DNA from: a phage
Direction: 5' to 3' (one strand)
DNA: 47,147 bases
Sequence record: PZ787336.1
This document shows positions 10,135 through 18,463 of the stretch, piece after piece (the first letter of the stretch is position 1; every line of letters begins with the position of its first letter). The position numbers were made by a program, and so were the translations under genes. The notes under the pieces are model-generated. The model worked only from the letters and a program-made list of their open reading frames with translations, made no database searches and was not told the origin of the DNA.

Positions 10135-10931
10135 TGATGGTCCACTATTACAATGAGTGGGACAAGGGCGCAGCGGCATGGCTGCGTGAATTAATTAACA
10201 ATAAACTAATTCCTTACGGATATGTCGATGAACGATCAATCACCGAAGTCACCCCTTCAGACCTGGAAGGATTTACACAGTGTCACTTCTTTGCCGGAAT
10301 CGGAGGGTGGCCCCTTGCACTCCAGCTGGCAGGAATACCAGAAAGCACTCGACTCTGGACAGGATCACCACCTTGCCAGCCGTTTAGCGTTGCCGGTAAG
10401 TCTCTCGGATTTGACGACGATCGACACCTTGCCCCAGCATTTCTCAGGCTCATCAGAGAGTGCAAGCCTGAATTGCTGTTTGGAGAGCAGGTTGCAGCAG
10501 CAATTGGGAAGCACTGGCTCGATTTTGTATTCCTTAACCTGGAAGACAAAGGCTACGCCTGCGGGGCGTCAGTATTGCCAGCTTGCAGCGTCGGCTCTCC
10601 ACAGGAAAGGAAAAGAATCATCTTTGGCGCGAGGATGGGCGACACCAACGGCGCGAGGATGGAAGGATTACGGGAATCTCAGCAAGTCATTTTACAGAAA
10701 GGACGGGAAATTCAGGAACGATACTCTTTATCGCCAGATGTGGCTTCATGTTTATGGGATTCATGGAAACCCAACCATGGAGCAGATAAGGAAACTAGAG
10801 TCATACCAGGCGGATTTTGCGAGGCAACTCATGGGGTATCCGCAAGAGTGGGACGATTGCGCGGTTATGGTAATGCCATAGTTCCACAAGTCGCAGCAGA
10901 ATTCATTAAAGCATTCATGAGGTCCGTTTAA
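10131..10931 (+). CDS. DNA cytosine-5 methyltransferase (orphan); reading frame in the middle part uncertain
   Basis: motifs FAGIGG (I), PPCQPFS (IV), SPQERKRIIF (VIII), GNAIVP (X) in this frame; RQLMGYPQEW (motif IX-like) lies in the overlapping frame 10222..10881. Confidence 0.75.
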   Translation: MMMVHYYNEWDKGAAAWLRELINNKLIPYGYVDERSITEVTPSDLEGFTQCHFFAGIGGWPLALQLAGIPESTRLWTGSPPCQPFSVAGKSLGFDDDRHLAPAFLRLIRECKPELLFGEQVAAAIGKHWLDFVFLNLEDKGYACGASVLPACSVGSPQERKRIIFGARMGDTNGARMEGLRESQQVILQKGREIQERYSLSPDVASCLWDSWKPNHGADKETRVIPGGFCEATHGVSARVGRLRGYGNAIVPQVAAEFIKAFMRSV

Positions 10932-11104
10932 TGACACCAGAACAATTCATTGAAAAACAACTTCGCACCAAGCTGCCTGACATTGACCAGATGGCAATTG
11001 ATGCGGCGATTCAGTATTACAAGCGCAATCAGAGCGCAAAGAAGGGTGGCATTTTTGAAGAATGCCTGAAGGTTGCAAAACAACACATGATTAAGGTGAA
11101 GTGA
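10931..11104 (+). CDS. hypothetical small protein (57 aa)
   Basis: ATG overlaps the methyltransferase stop (TAATGA); coupled to the next ORF. Confidence 0.3.
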   Translation: MTPEQFIEKQLRTKLPDIDQMAIDAAIQYYKRNQSAKKGGIFEECLKVAKQHMIKVK

Positions 11105-11244
11105 TGAAACTAAAAATTAGCAAATTATTACTTGAATCAGCATTAATATTTCAGGGTCGCAATGATGTGCGATATTACCTGAATGGAATCTGCTTCATGC
11201 CTGATGGTCGCATTGCATCAACTGACGGTCATCGCGCGTGGTGA
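11104..11244 (+). CDS. 46-aa ORF resembling a fragment of the DnaN beta sliding clamp
   Basis: NDVRYYLNGICFMPDGRIASTDGHR matches the conserved DnaN stretch QDVRYYLNGMLF...ATDGHRLA; stops after 46 codons, terminator follows. Confidence 0.4.
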   Translation: MKLKISKLLLESALIFQGRNDVRYYLNGICFMPDGRIASTDGHRAW

Positions 11245-11279
11245 ATATGTCGTATCTTACAGCCATAGAAACCCCCAAT

Positions 11280-11306
11280 AAAAAACCCGCATTATGCGGG
11301 TTCAGT
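11280..11306. terminator. rho-independent terminator (strong on minus strand)
   Basis: CCCGCATtATGCGGG hairpin flanked by A6 on plus, which is T6 on minus. Confidence 0.65.
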
Positions 11307-11504
11307 TTACTCTGCTTTCTTTTTCTTTGTCGTCTTTTCCTGCGGGGTTGCGACTTCGAAAGACTTTTCCAGTTCTGGCATGATGCGCAGCTTTGGTAGC
11401 AGATGCTCGGCTGGTTCGGTAATCACCTCGCCAAGCTGCAATTCACGAATCTTGCCTTTCTCTTTAACAAAGATTCCGCGTGCGATGACTTCGTATTTAG
11501 CCAT
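11307..11504 (-). CDS. hypothetical protein downstream of major capsid gene
   Basis: 65 aa ORF, Lys-rich C-terminus, followed by terminator. Confidence 0.4.
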   Translation of the reverse strand: MAKYEVIARGIFVKEKGKIRELQLGEVITEPAEHLLPKLRIMPELEKSFEVATPQEKTTKKKKAE

Positions 11505-11547
11505 TATTCACCTCAAATTCACAAAGGGGCTATTCGCCCCTTTTCGA

Positions 11548-12618
11548 TTACTTCGGAGTTTGCGTACCGTAGCCGTTGAACACTTTTGACTTGCCGGTGA
11601 AATCCTTACGAATTTGCAAACCGAAAGCTGACCACACCATAAAGTTAAAGTTATCGTGCGGATTGTCACGGGCTGCCGCATAGGTGGAAACAGGCTGAGC
11701 AACACGCGGACGGATGTACATGTCGTTGCGAACGTAGCCAACGAAGTGGTTGCCAGTCAGCAGGAAGTTGGTGCCAATCTTGCCGATGCGACCATTGCCG
11801 AACTGCGTGATGTACTGCTCAACTGTGCCGCCTTTGAAGCCAGCCGCATCAGAATACGGACGCATGAAGCTACGACGCACTGCCGGGGAAACCCACAGAG
11901 TCACCTGCTCAAATACGTTCTGCGCATCCAGAATAGCCTGAAAATTCTGATTGAAGAAGGTCACGATTTCGTCTGGCGTTGCGGTTTGCAGGTCGATATT
12001 CAGACCGCCGGAAGCATTCAGGTTAACCTGAACAGTGTTCGGGTGGTTGGTGATACCGTAGCCAGTGTAAACGCCGTTCACGTTCAGAGTCTGGTCGCCA
12101 GTCAGCAGGTATTGCGCCATATCTGAACGCAGGTTGAAGGTGACGTTAGCCTGATCATCCAGCAGCGGGTCGAAACCTTCAGACTGCATACCCAGAAGTT
12201 CTCGCCATTCGCGGCTGTAGCCAGTCTTGAAAATTGGAATTACATCGCCAGTGTAATCGTAGCGAGTTTTATCCAAATCTTCCGGCTCCTGACCAGACAG
12301 AGTGCGAACAACCTTACCAGCATCGGAAGCAATGCGGCTGATTGCCACAGTCTTACCGATATTGATGTTTGCCGCGATACCCATCAGGTCAGCCATCATA
12401 TCCTGACCAGCTTCGTTGCGGAAAACGCGGGTGGTGACGTTATCAACATCGCGCCAGTAATCCTTCGTTACCAGTGCGGTGGCGTTAACACCATAGGTTT
12501 TCGCCAGTTCAGCCTCTGCATTGCAGAATACCTTGCGGTCGATAGTGAGATGTTTCCACTGGTCAGCCACCACTGCGGAGTTGGCTACCAGGTCTTTGGT
12601 AAAAATAATCTTTTCCAT
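11548..12618 (-). CDS. major capsid protein
   Basis: 356 aa ORF following protease-scaffold and decoration-like genes; size and position typical. Confidence 0.7.
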   Translation of the reverse strand: MEKIIFTKDLVANSAVVADQWKHLTIDRKVFCNAEAELAKTYGVNATALVTKDYWRDVDNVTTRVFRNEAGQDMMADLMGIAANINIGKTVAISRIASDAGKVVRTLSGQEPEDLDKTRYDYTGDVIPIFKTGYSREWRELLGMQSEGFDPLLDDQANVTFNLRSDMAQYLLTGDQTLNVNGVYTGYGITNHPNTVQVNLNASGGLNIDLQTATPDEIVTFFNQNFQAILDAQNVFEQVTLWVSPAVRRSFMRPYSDAAGFKGGTVEQYITQFGNGRIGKIGTNFLLTGNHFVGYVRNDMYIRPRVAQPVSTYAAARDNPHDNFNFMVWSAFGLQIRKDFTGKSKVFNGYGTQTPK

Positions 12619-12629
12619 TATTAGATTCC

Positions 12630-13097
12630 TTACGCAGCAGGTCTGGAAGCATTGCCCGCGCGACGAACTGCAACCAGCTCAGCGCCATCAGAGGCAACGG
12701 TATAAGTTTCGTTGGAATAGAACAGGATGTTCTCACCAGTTGCGGCAACTTTCAGCGCACCAGTACCATCACTTGCCAACGGGGTGCCTTTCTTCAGTTC
12801 GGAAGATGCAGCAACCAGTGCGTGATAGGTGACGCCAAATTCACACTGCACAGCCATGCCAGTAGCATTAGCCGGAACAGCTTCAGACACATCACCACCG
12901 CCAATGTAGTTGTGCTGAAGCACGTAAGGGAAACCCTGACCGCCAGCGGTAGCGTGTGCGATGATTTTGTCATCAGCAGTATCGAAGTCAACCAGTGCTC
13001 CCGGCTTCAGCGCTACCTTCATGATGCCTTCGCGAATCTGCGGGTCGTTCTTGCGAGCTGGGCCACCAATGATGGTGCCATAACGGATAGTAGCCAT
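12630..13097 (-). CDS. putative head decoration protein
   Basis: 155 aa Gly/Ala-rich ORF between protease-scaffold and capsid genes. Confidence 0.45.
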   Translation of the reverse strand: MATIRYGTIIGGPARKNDPQIREGIMKVALKPGALVDFDTADDKIIAHATAGGQGFPYVLQHNYIGGGDVSEAVPANATGMAVQCEFGVTYHALVAASSELKKGTPLASDGTGALKVAATGENILFYSNETYTVASDGAELVAVRRAGNASRPAA

Positions 13098-14509
13098 TAT
13101 TCCGGTGCCTCCATATCAAAATCGTCATCAGCGTGGTTCGGCTGGAAGCCACCCTTCAGCGCGGCAGGCTTGCTGGTCAGCGCATAGGTTTCACGCAGTG
13201 CTTCGCCTTTCAGCGCATTCACGGCGGATTCCGGCAGTTTCAGTTCAGCGATGATAGCAGCACGCATCGCAGTTTCTTCCTGCTCGGTATTCGCCTGCAA
13301 TTGCTCTTTCAGCTTAACATTTTCAGCTTCGATGTCGGTCAGCTTCTGGTTGACAGCTGTCAACGATTCCTGAACCGGCTTGAGGGCATCAGCGAGTGCC
13401 GCCTGTAATTCCTCGTTCGTCATTGAGATTTCCCCTTCAGTTGATTTTACCGGCTCAAGTTCAGTCTTATAAACAGCCTTGACCCGCTCACCGACCAATT
13501 TTACCACATCATCTTCAACGATGTAGAACTGCTGAAAAATCTGGCCTTTGATTTCAAACCCGACACGGTCGTCGTAAACAGCCACAATGTAAGGCCATAC
13601 ATCTTCACCGACTTCAGCTTTCAGAATCTGGCGAATCTGCTCACTGATGTTCTCAAACGACAGGTCTGATTTGTTGGTGATGTAGTTGATGGCTTTGTGT
13701 AGCCACGATTTATAATTAATTTTGTTGGCGCTTTCGTCTGGCACGGTTGAATCCTCAAGATTTACAGTGATGCGTTCGATTTGCTCGCCGTTGGTGGCGA
13801 AGATTCCCACGCCATCTTCTGGAGTTCCGGCCCCCGGCACTCCCGGTGGCAGGATGGCGAGATGATCCCACTCCATGTTGCGTGCAATCCATGTGTATTT
13901 CTTGCCTTTACTTGTGCCTTCCGCAGCTTCGCGGTTGAGCAGCAAGCCAGTGGATACGTGGATTGGCTCAGCGCCTTCTGCGGAGTTCATTAGCGCCTCA
14001 ATGCGACCGAGCAACTCCCGTCCTTTCTCTGAGCGTTCGGCAATGACCTTGTTAACCTTCAGGTCTACCAGCGCCTTGCTACCATCATGGGATGAGTTTT
14101 CAATCCATGCCCCAACACTGAATTGGTTAGCAGCGCGCGTCATGCTTGCGGAGACATATTTACCATCAATCATCGGGTGATTGTATGGCGCAGGCTTACC
14201 ATCAAGGCCGTGATAGCTCTTGCGAATTTCCTCGCCAGGATACAAGCCGTTATTCATCACAACATCGTCAACAACTGGCACGACGTTTTTAATCACGTAG
14301 TGCGGGTCGCCATCAATGATTTGCTCACTGATATTTCTGGCTGAATTGATGGTCGTCAGTACGTTAACCTGCAATTTATTATTCATGTGCTTGAACGCTT
14401 CCACTTCTGTGAGGCGTTTTTTGGCGGCTTCTTCTGTATCGTATTCGCCAAATTGCTGTGAGCCATCTGTCGACTTGACCACCCACTTATCGCCAATCTT
14501 GACAATCAT
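13097..14509 (-). CDS. putative prohead protease / scaffolding fusion protein
   Basis: about 470 aa; C-terminal third is a charged coiled-coil-like scaffold region; ATG at 14509 preceded by GGAGAG; the track ORF extends to 14587 from a TTG. Confidence 0.55.
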   Translation of the reverse strand: MIVKIGDKWVVKSTDGSQQFGEYDTEEAAKKRLTEVEAFKHMNNKLQVNVLTTINSARNISEQIIDGDPHYVIKNVVPVVDDVVMNNGLYPGEEIRKSYHGLDGKPAPYNHPMIDGKYVSASMTRAANQFSVGAWIENSSHDGSKALVDLKVNKVIAERSEKGRELLGRIEALMNSAEGAEPIHVSTGLLLNREAAEGTSKGKKYTWIARNMEWDHLAILPPGVPGAGTPEDGVGIFATNGEQIERITVNLEDSTVPDESANKINYKSWLHKAINYITNKSDLSFENISEQIRQILKAEVGEDVWPYIVAVYDDRVGFEIKGQIFQQFYIVEDDVVKLVGERVKAVYKTELEPVKSTEGEISMTNEELQAALADALKPVQESLTAVNQKLTDIEAENVKLKEQLQANTEQEETAMRAAIIAELKLPESAVNALKGEALRETYALTSKPAALKGGFQPNHADDDFDMEAPE

Positions 14510-14511
14510 GG

Positions 14512-14637
14512 TTAACTCTCCACGGTTAGTTTGTGGTCGAATTATAACACAGGGAGATATAGCACCATGAGGCGGTAGCCAGTGCAAACAATGGCGAATT
14601 GGTGAGTGCGTATAGCGTGAGAAAGTAAGTGATAGGG
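14512..14637 (-). CDS. hypothetical small hydrophobic protein (41 aa)
   Basis: AGGAGG RBS 5 nt upstream of the ATG; stop 2 nt before the protease-scaffold ATG. Confidence 0.3.
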
Positions 14638-14703
14638 ATTATATTCATGGGCTACCTCCTGATTAAATGATAGCAGCCCATGATGAACAAAAGATATACG
14701 GAG

Positions 14704-14850
14704 TTAGTCTGAAATCACATCATCCATAAATGCAAGGGCAGCACCTGACAGGCAGAACAGAGCGCCATAGCAAATCATCTGGTATAGAGTGTCAGCATCA
14801 AATACTCTCGCGAATGCGTAGGATGATAATATCCACAGTAATGGAATCAT
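14704..14850 (-). CDS. hypothetical small membrane protein (48 aa)
   Basis: GGAGGGG RBS; hydrophobic sequence; start overlaps upstream stop (ATGA). Confidence 0.3.
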   Translation of the reverse strand: MIPLLWILSSYAFARVFDADTLYQMICYGALFCLSGAALAFMDDVISD

Positions 14851-14960
14851 GCTCTACCCCTCCATGCTCTAATCAATTCTTCTAGGCCAGCAAATAATAA
14901 ATAGCAGAAGAATAAAGTTAAAATCCAGTGGTCAGCGAACCAGTTCAGGAAGTCCATCAT
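14847..14960 (-). CDS. hypothetical small membrane protein (37 aa)
   Basis: start overlaps the stop of the 14957..15283 gene; hydrophobic. Confidence 0.3.
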   Translation of the reverse strand: MMDFLNWFADHWILTLFFCYLLFAGLEELIRAWRGRA

Positions 14961-15283
14961 AACCCAGCCTCCTGTTTTGCGCGGTGAACGTACGACATGA
15001 ACTTGCCAATCGGCATTTCCTTGCGGATTTGCGCCAGTATCGCGCCATGCAAATATCTTTCCTCGCCGTAATACAGCTTATCGAGACGCGTTTTAATAAG
15101 CGCTCGCGTGCGCTTCATATGGTCGCGCGCCTTAAGTGCTTTCTCGTGCCAGACGCGGTCATTCTTCTTATCTGCATATTGCAGTTGACGCTCAACGGTT
15201 TCTATTTCAAACGCCAGTTGCACGTCATAATCTTCAAGTTGAATAATGTCTGCTTTCATGATGTCGTTTAACTGGATAATCAT
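14957..15283 (-). CDS. hypothetical protein
   Basis: 108 aa ORF in a tightly coupled minus-strand operon. Confidence 0.45.
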   Translation of the reverse strand: MIIQLNDIMKADIIQLEDYDVQLAFEIETVERQLQYADKKNDRVWHEKALKARDHMKRTRALIKTRLDKLYYGEERYLHGAILAQIRKEMPIGKFMSYVHRAKQEAGL

Positions 15284-15558
15284 TTTTTTATATTCTCCTC
15301 TAATGCATTGATTATGGATCTGGTCATGATGCCTTCGCCATTTACTGCGACGTGAGCACGAATCTCACTTAATGCCGCTTTAAGGACTCCAACATTCACA
15401 GAGACAATTCTCTGATTTTCTTTATTATTGATTTTCATTCTTTCGTATGCAGTTAACTCTTCCACTATCCAACCCATCTCTTTACGGTTATTGGCAATAA
15501 ACTCATCCGATGTTACAAACAGAGTTCTGCCTGATTTATGCTTAATAGCCCATCTCAT
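15280..15558 (-). CDS. hypothetical protein
   Basis: 92 aa ORF, overlapping start/stop with neighbours. Confidence 0.45.
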   Translation of the reverse strand: MRWAIKHKSGRTLFVTSDEFIANNRKEMGWIVEELTAYERMKINNKENQRIVSVNVGVLKAALSEIRAHVAVNGEGIMTRSIINALEENIKK

Positions 15559-15817
15559 TTAGTACGTCCTCAGCAAGTTTGCGGAACATGATTTGCACTC
15601 TTGCCACTTTGCGCCACTCAGCTTCGGTGAGAATCACATCCTCCTGCTGCGGAATTCCCGACATTTCGCATGGCGGTAATGGCTCATACTCTTGCTTCTT
15701 GCGTTTGGCTTTTCCCATGCTGACCTCTTGCGCTGCGAAGAAGTAAATTAAACAGGTTGCTGACATTAACCTCCTGCTCATGCCATGAGTAACGCCACAG
15801 CTTCTTGTGGTGGTCAT
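15542..15817 (-). CDS. hypothetical protein (start uncertain; may begin at internal Met)
   Basis: ORF begins inside a 19-bp tandem duplication. Confidence 0.4.
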   Translation of the reverse strand: MTTTRSCGVTHGMSRRLMSATCLIYFFAAQEVSMGKAKRKKQEYEPLPPCEMSGIPQQEDVILTEAEWRKVARVQIMFRKLAEDVLNEMGY

Positions 15818-15842
15818 AGCTTCTTGTGGTGGTCATAGCTTC
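15799..15842. repeat. perfect 19-bp tandem direct repeat (agcttcttgtggtggtcat x2 plus partial third copy)
   Basis: two identical adjacent copies at 15799-15817 and 15818-15836 straddling a gene boundary. Confidence 0.6.
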
Positions 15843-16245
15843 GCGTCACATCACCGTTATGAAACATAATGCGGATGCGGCTTTTCACGATGCGATAATC
15901 AATGCCAGTGGTGGTACTGATTTCTTTCACTTCCGCGCCAGCGTTATCAAGCAAATGGCACTTAATAGCATCATCAATACCGGCTGCATCATCAGAGATG
16001 AAATATTTATACTGCCACTTGCCGCCGCGAATCACTGACTTCTCGCGACGAATGAATCCAAGAGCAAGCATCTCATGTAAGCGATGCGTTGTGGTGCTTG
16101 AATGCTTACCTCCGCAATGCTTCTCAATGTATGCGCGCGTTGCTCCGGGGTGATTCATAATCACGCGCATGATTTGTGATTTATAGTCCATAATCACGCT
16201 CCTCTGCTGCCTGATTGAAGTCGTCGGAAGTGTAGAGGTGTCCAC
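15814..16245 (-). CDS. hypothetical protein, possibly truncated by the tandem duplication
   Basis: 143 aa; stop codon lies in the second repeat copy. Confidence 0.45.
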   Translation of the reverse strand: MDTSTLPTTSIRQQRSVIMDYKSQIMRVIMNHPGATRAYIEKHCGGKHSSTTTHRLHEMLALGFIRREKSVIRGGKWQYKYFISDDAAGIDDAIKCHLLDNAGAEVKEISTTTGIDYRIVKSRIRIMFHNGDVTRSYDHHKKL

Positions 16246-16426
16246 CTCTTGTGTTCCATTTCTTCATTGCCGTGGATGCGCAGCAATACGAGTCAGTGCG
16301 GCAAAAACAATCTCCGCACTCAACGTGCAACCATTCGCCGTCATCAATAACACTTACGTCATCACAACCACAAAACGGGCATTCAAGTAATTTCTCATCG
16401 TTCATTAGTAGTGTCATATTGCTCAC
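16181..16426 (-). CDS. Lar-like restriction alleviation protein (zinc-ribbon)
   Basis: 81 aa with CPFCG...C..C pattern and C-terminal KKWNTR, as in Lar-family proteins. Confidence 0.5.
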   Translation of the reverse strand: MSNMTLLMNDEKLLECPFCGCDDVSVIDDGEWLHVECGDCFCRTDSYCCASTAMKKWNTRGGHLYTSDDFNQAAEERDYGL

Positions 16427-16933
16427 CTTTTGTATTCAAAAATTTCCCGTGAACCATCTTTATGAGCCTGTTCCTCTCCTCTTTTGCTTGTGTTATTGAC
16501 GAGAATCTACCTCCATAATAATGCTTGCCATTGGCTGTAATTTGAACCCTCCACCTTTCTCGCGAAGAGTCCCAAACAACATCCTTAACTCCGCTTGTAT
16601 TATTGTTTTTCACGCCTACATTCATAACATTTTGACCTCTTGTGACCAATCTTAGGTTGCTGATGCGATTATCTTTCTTGTTCCCATTTATGTAATCAAT
16701 CTCATATCCGTTTGGTATATCTCCATTGCAAACAATCCACGCCATTCTGTGTGCGTAAAACCTCCCGATGGGGAGTTGAATTCTCCAATACCCATGCGAT
16801 GTAATACCTCCAGCCACCTTCCCTTTCTTTGATTTTCTTGAGAAATATCAATCCATAGAAAGTTTCCTGTATTTTCATCATACTGGAGGAACTTTAAAAT
16901 GCTTTCCTGACTAATGTTGCTCATTTCAACCAT
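16395..16933 (-). CDS. HNH-AP2 homing endonuclease, apparent frameshift
   Basis: N-terminal part (LQYDENTGNFLW...) in ORF 16688..16933, HNH (GYEIDYINGNKKDNRISNLR) and AP2 parts in ORF 16395..16817; frames differ by one base at a short A-run near 16819. Confidence 0.65.
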
Positions 16934-17115
16934 TCTCCCAGATTGTTAAATTTAGGTGTACCCCCAGACCAGTCGATGACATCTCTTTGCTGACTGCGCT
17001 TGCGTTGCAGGCGGTTGCGCACTTCTCGTAACTCGCACTCCAGCCATTCGCGAGTGCGCTCAACTTCATTCAACCTCTGGATTAACGATTCTTCGTACAG
17101 TTCGTCATGCGCCAT
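16921..17115 (-). CDS. hypothetical protein
   Basis: 64 aa ORF in operon. Confidence 0.4.
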   Translation of the reverse strand: MAHDELYEESLIQRLNEVERTREWLECELREVRNRLQRKRSQQRDVIDWSGGTPKFNNLGEWLK

Positions 17116-17175
17116 TTATAATTTCTCCCGTAGAATTTGATAACAACGTGCTCAACGCACAGATAACCTTCATCT

Positions 17176-17373
17176 TCAACCGTTACTGGTTGAACTATAA
17201 ACCACCGCAGATATAAGTTCGTCAGCCTTTTCACGACCCGCAACCTCCGCTTCAAGCGCCAGTGAACACATGGCGGTTTCCACAAACTTAATGGTATCCT
17301 CGCGAACGTTAAGGATTTCCATAACCTCGCGAACTTCCTTCTGGTATCTCGCTGCTATTTCTTTGTATCGCAT
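17176..17373 (-). CDS. hypothetical protein (start at ATG 17373)
   Basis: track ORF starts at a TTG at 17403 inside the promoter region; first ATG is at 17373. Confidence 0.4.
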   Translation of the reverse strand: MRYKEIAARYQKEVREVMEILNVREDTIKFVETAMCSLALEAEVAGREKADELISAVVYSSTSNG

Positions 17374-17384
17374 TTCCACATCAC

Positions 17385-17448
17385 CTTTTCCGTTGTGGTA
17401 CAATCTACGTCAACAAGTATTGACTAAATGATGTAGAAACGTCAAGAT
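17385..17448. promoter_or_regulatory. divergent promoter region (plus TTGACT at 17420-17425; minus-strand TTGACG-TAGATT element at 17401-17413)
   Basis: contains caatctacgtcaa and gatgtagaaacgtcaa, both members of the repeated motif family. Confidence 0.4.
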
Positions 17449-17472
17449 GTTTTTCGAGAAGGAGTAGTAAAT

Positions 17473-17679
17473 ATGCCAAGACCACGACGCGAGCCGATGG
17501 ACATTATCACCAGCATTGTGGAGAAGCGACAACCGCTGACACTCCGTGATGTTCGCTACTTCGCCCGTTGCTATGTGGCGCTGGCTGATATGCCTAAGGA
17601 AGATATGTATGATTTGATTCGGGCCAACTTCAGTGTTGACGAGAATAATAGAGTGACAATGAAAGAGGATGAGAAATGA
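17473..17679 (+). CDS. hypothetical protein
   Basis: 68 aa ORF with GAAGGAG RBS. Confidence 0.45.
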   Translation: MPRPRREPMDIITSIVEKRQPLTLRDVRYFARCYVALADMPKEDMYDLIRANFSVDENNRVTMKEDEK

Positions 17680-18186
17680 GGCATAGGAGAGATGAGCCGA
17701 GTAGGGAGTTTATATTGAGTTACCTTTACTACAATCCACTAACTGGGGAATTTAAATGGCTAAAGACAAGGAATAGGATTGCAGAAAAGGGAGTGTGGCT
17801 GGCTACTTAAAGCCAGATGGATATGTGCAAATAATTCTTTGCGGTAGGGCTTTTCTTGCTCACAGATTGGCATGGATATGCATTCATGGCGCGCCAGCAA
17901 GTGAAATGATTGACCACATAATGGCATTCGCAATGACAACAGGGCGTGCAATTTAAGGGAGGCCAGCAAATTTGAGAATAGCCACAACAAAGCAATGAAC
18001 AAAAACAACACTAGCGGTATCAAGGGGGTTAACTGGAGTTCATCGCACAACAAGTGGCATGCAAGAGTTGGAGTAAATGGCAAAAGATTCACAGTTGGTT
18101 ACTTTTCCGACATAAGAGAAGCAGAAGCAAAAATAAAAGAATTCAGGAGAATGCATCACAATGAGTTCACAAATCACGGGCGATAA
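17676..18186 (+). CDS. HNH-AP2 homing endonuclease, two apparent frameshifts
   Basis: N-terminal YYNPLTGEFKW in frame 1, GYLKPDGYVQI...AHRLAW...IDHI in a second frame, AP2 domain (GIKGVNWSSSHNKWHARVGVNGKRFTVGYF) in ORF 17995..18186; shifts at aaaaggg (17785-17791) and ataatgg (17918-17924). Confidence 0.65.
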
Positions 18187-18463
18187 GCGCCATACTGACG
18201 CAACAGAGCGACTCATCACCGAACGCGGTAGTCGATACGGTAAATTCAAAGACGGCGCTGAAATTATGCAGGAGTTGAAAGATGTGATGCGCGAGGTAGA
18301 TGGCTGGCGCAATCTCACACCAAGTCAACGCGAGGCGCTCGACATGATTCAGCACAAGATTGGGCGCATTCTGAATGGCGACCCGACTTATGATGACAGC
18401 TGGAAAGATATTGCTGGCTATGCAACGTTAATTGTTAATGAACTGAACGGAGAGATTAAATAA
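18161..18463 (+). CDS. hypothetical protein
   Basis: 100 aa ORF. Confidence 0.45.
   Translation: MSSQITGDKRHTDATERLITERGSRYGKFKDGAEIMQELKDVMREVDGWRNLTPSQREALDMIQHKIGRILNGDPTYDDSWKDIAGYATLIVNELNGEIK

Noticed and set aside
10222-10881. 219-aa ORF in an alternative frame inside the methyltransferase gene
   Set aside because: Not an independent gene; it overlaps the methyltransferase and probably reflects frame uncertainty in that gene.
17082-17285. 67-aa ORF overlapping 16921..17115 and 17176..17373
   Set aside because: Alternative frame overlapping two coupled operon genes; no RBS.
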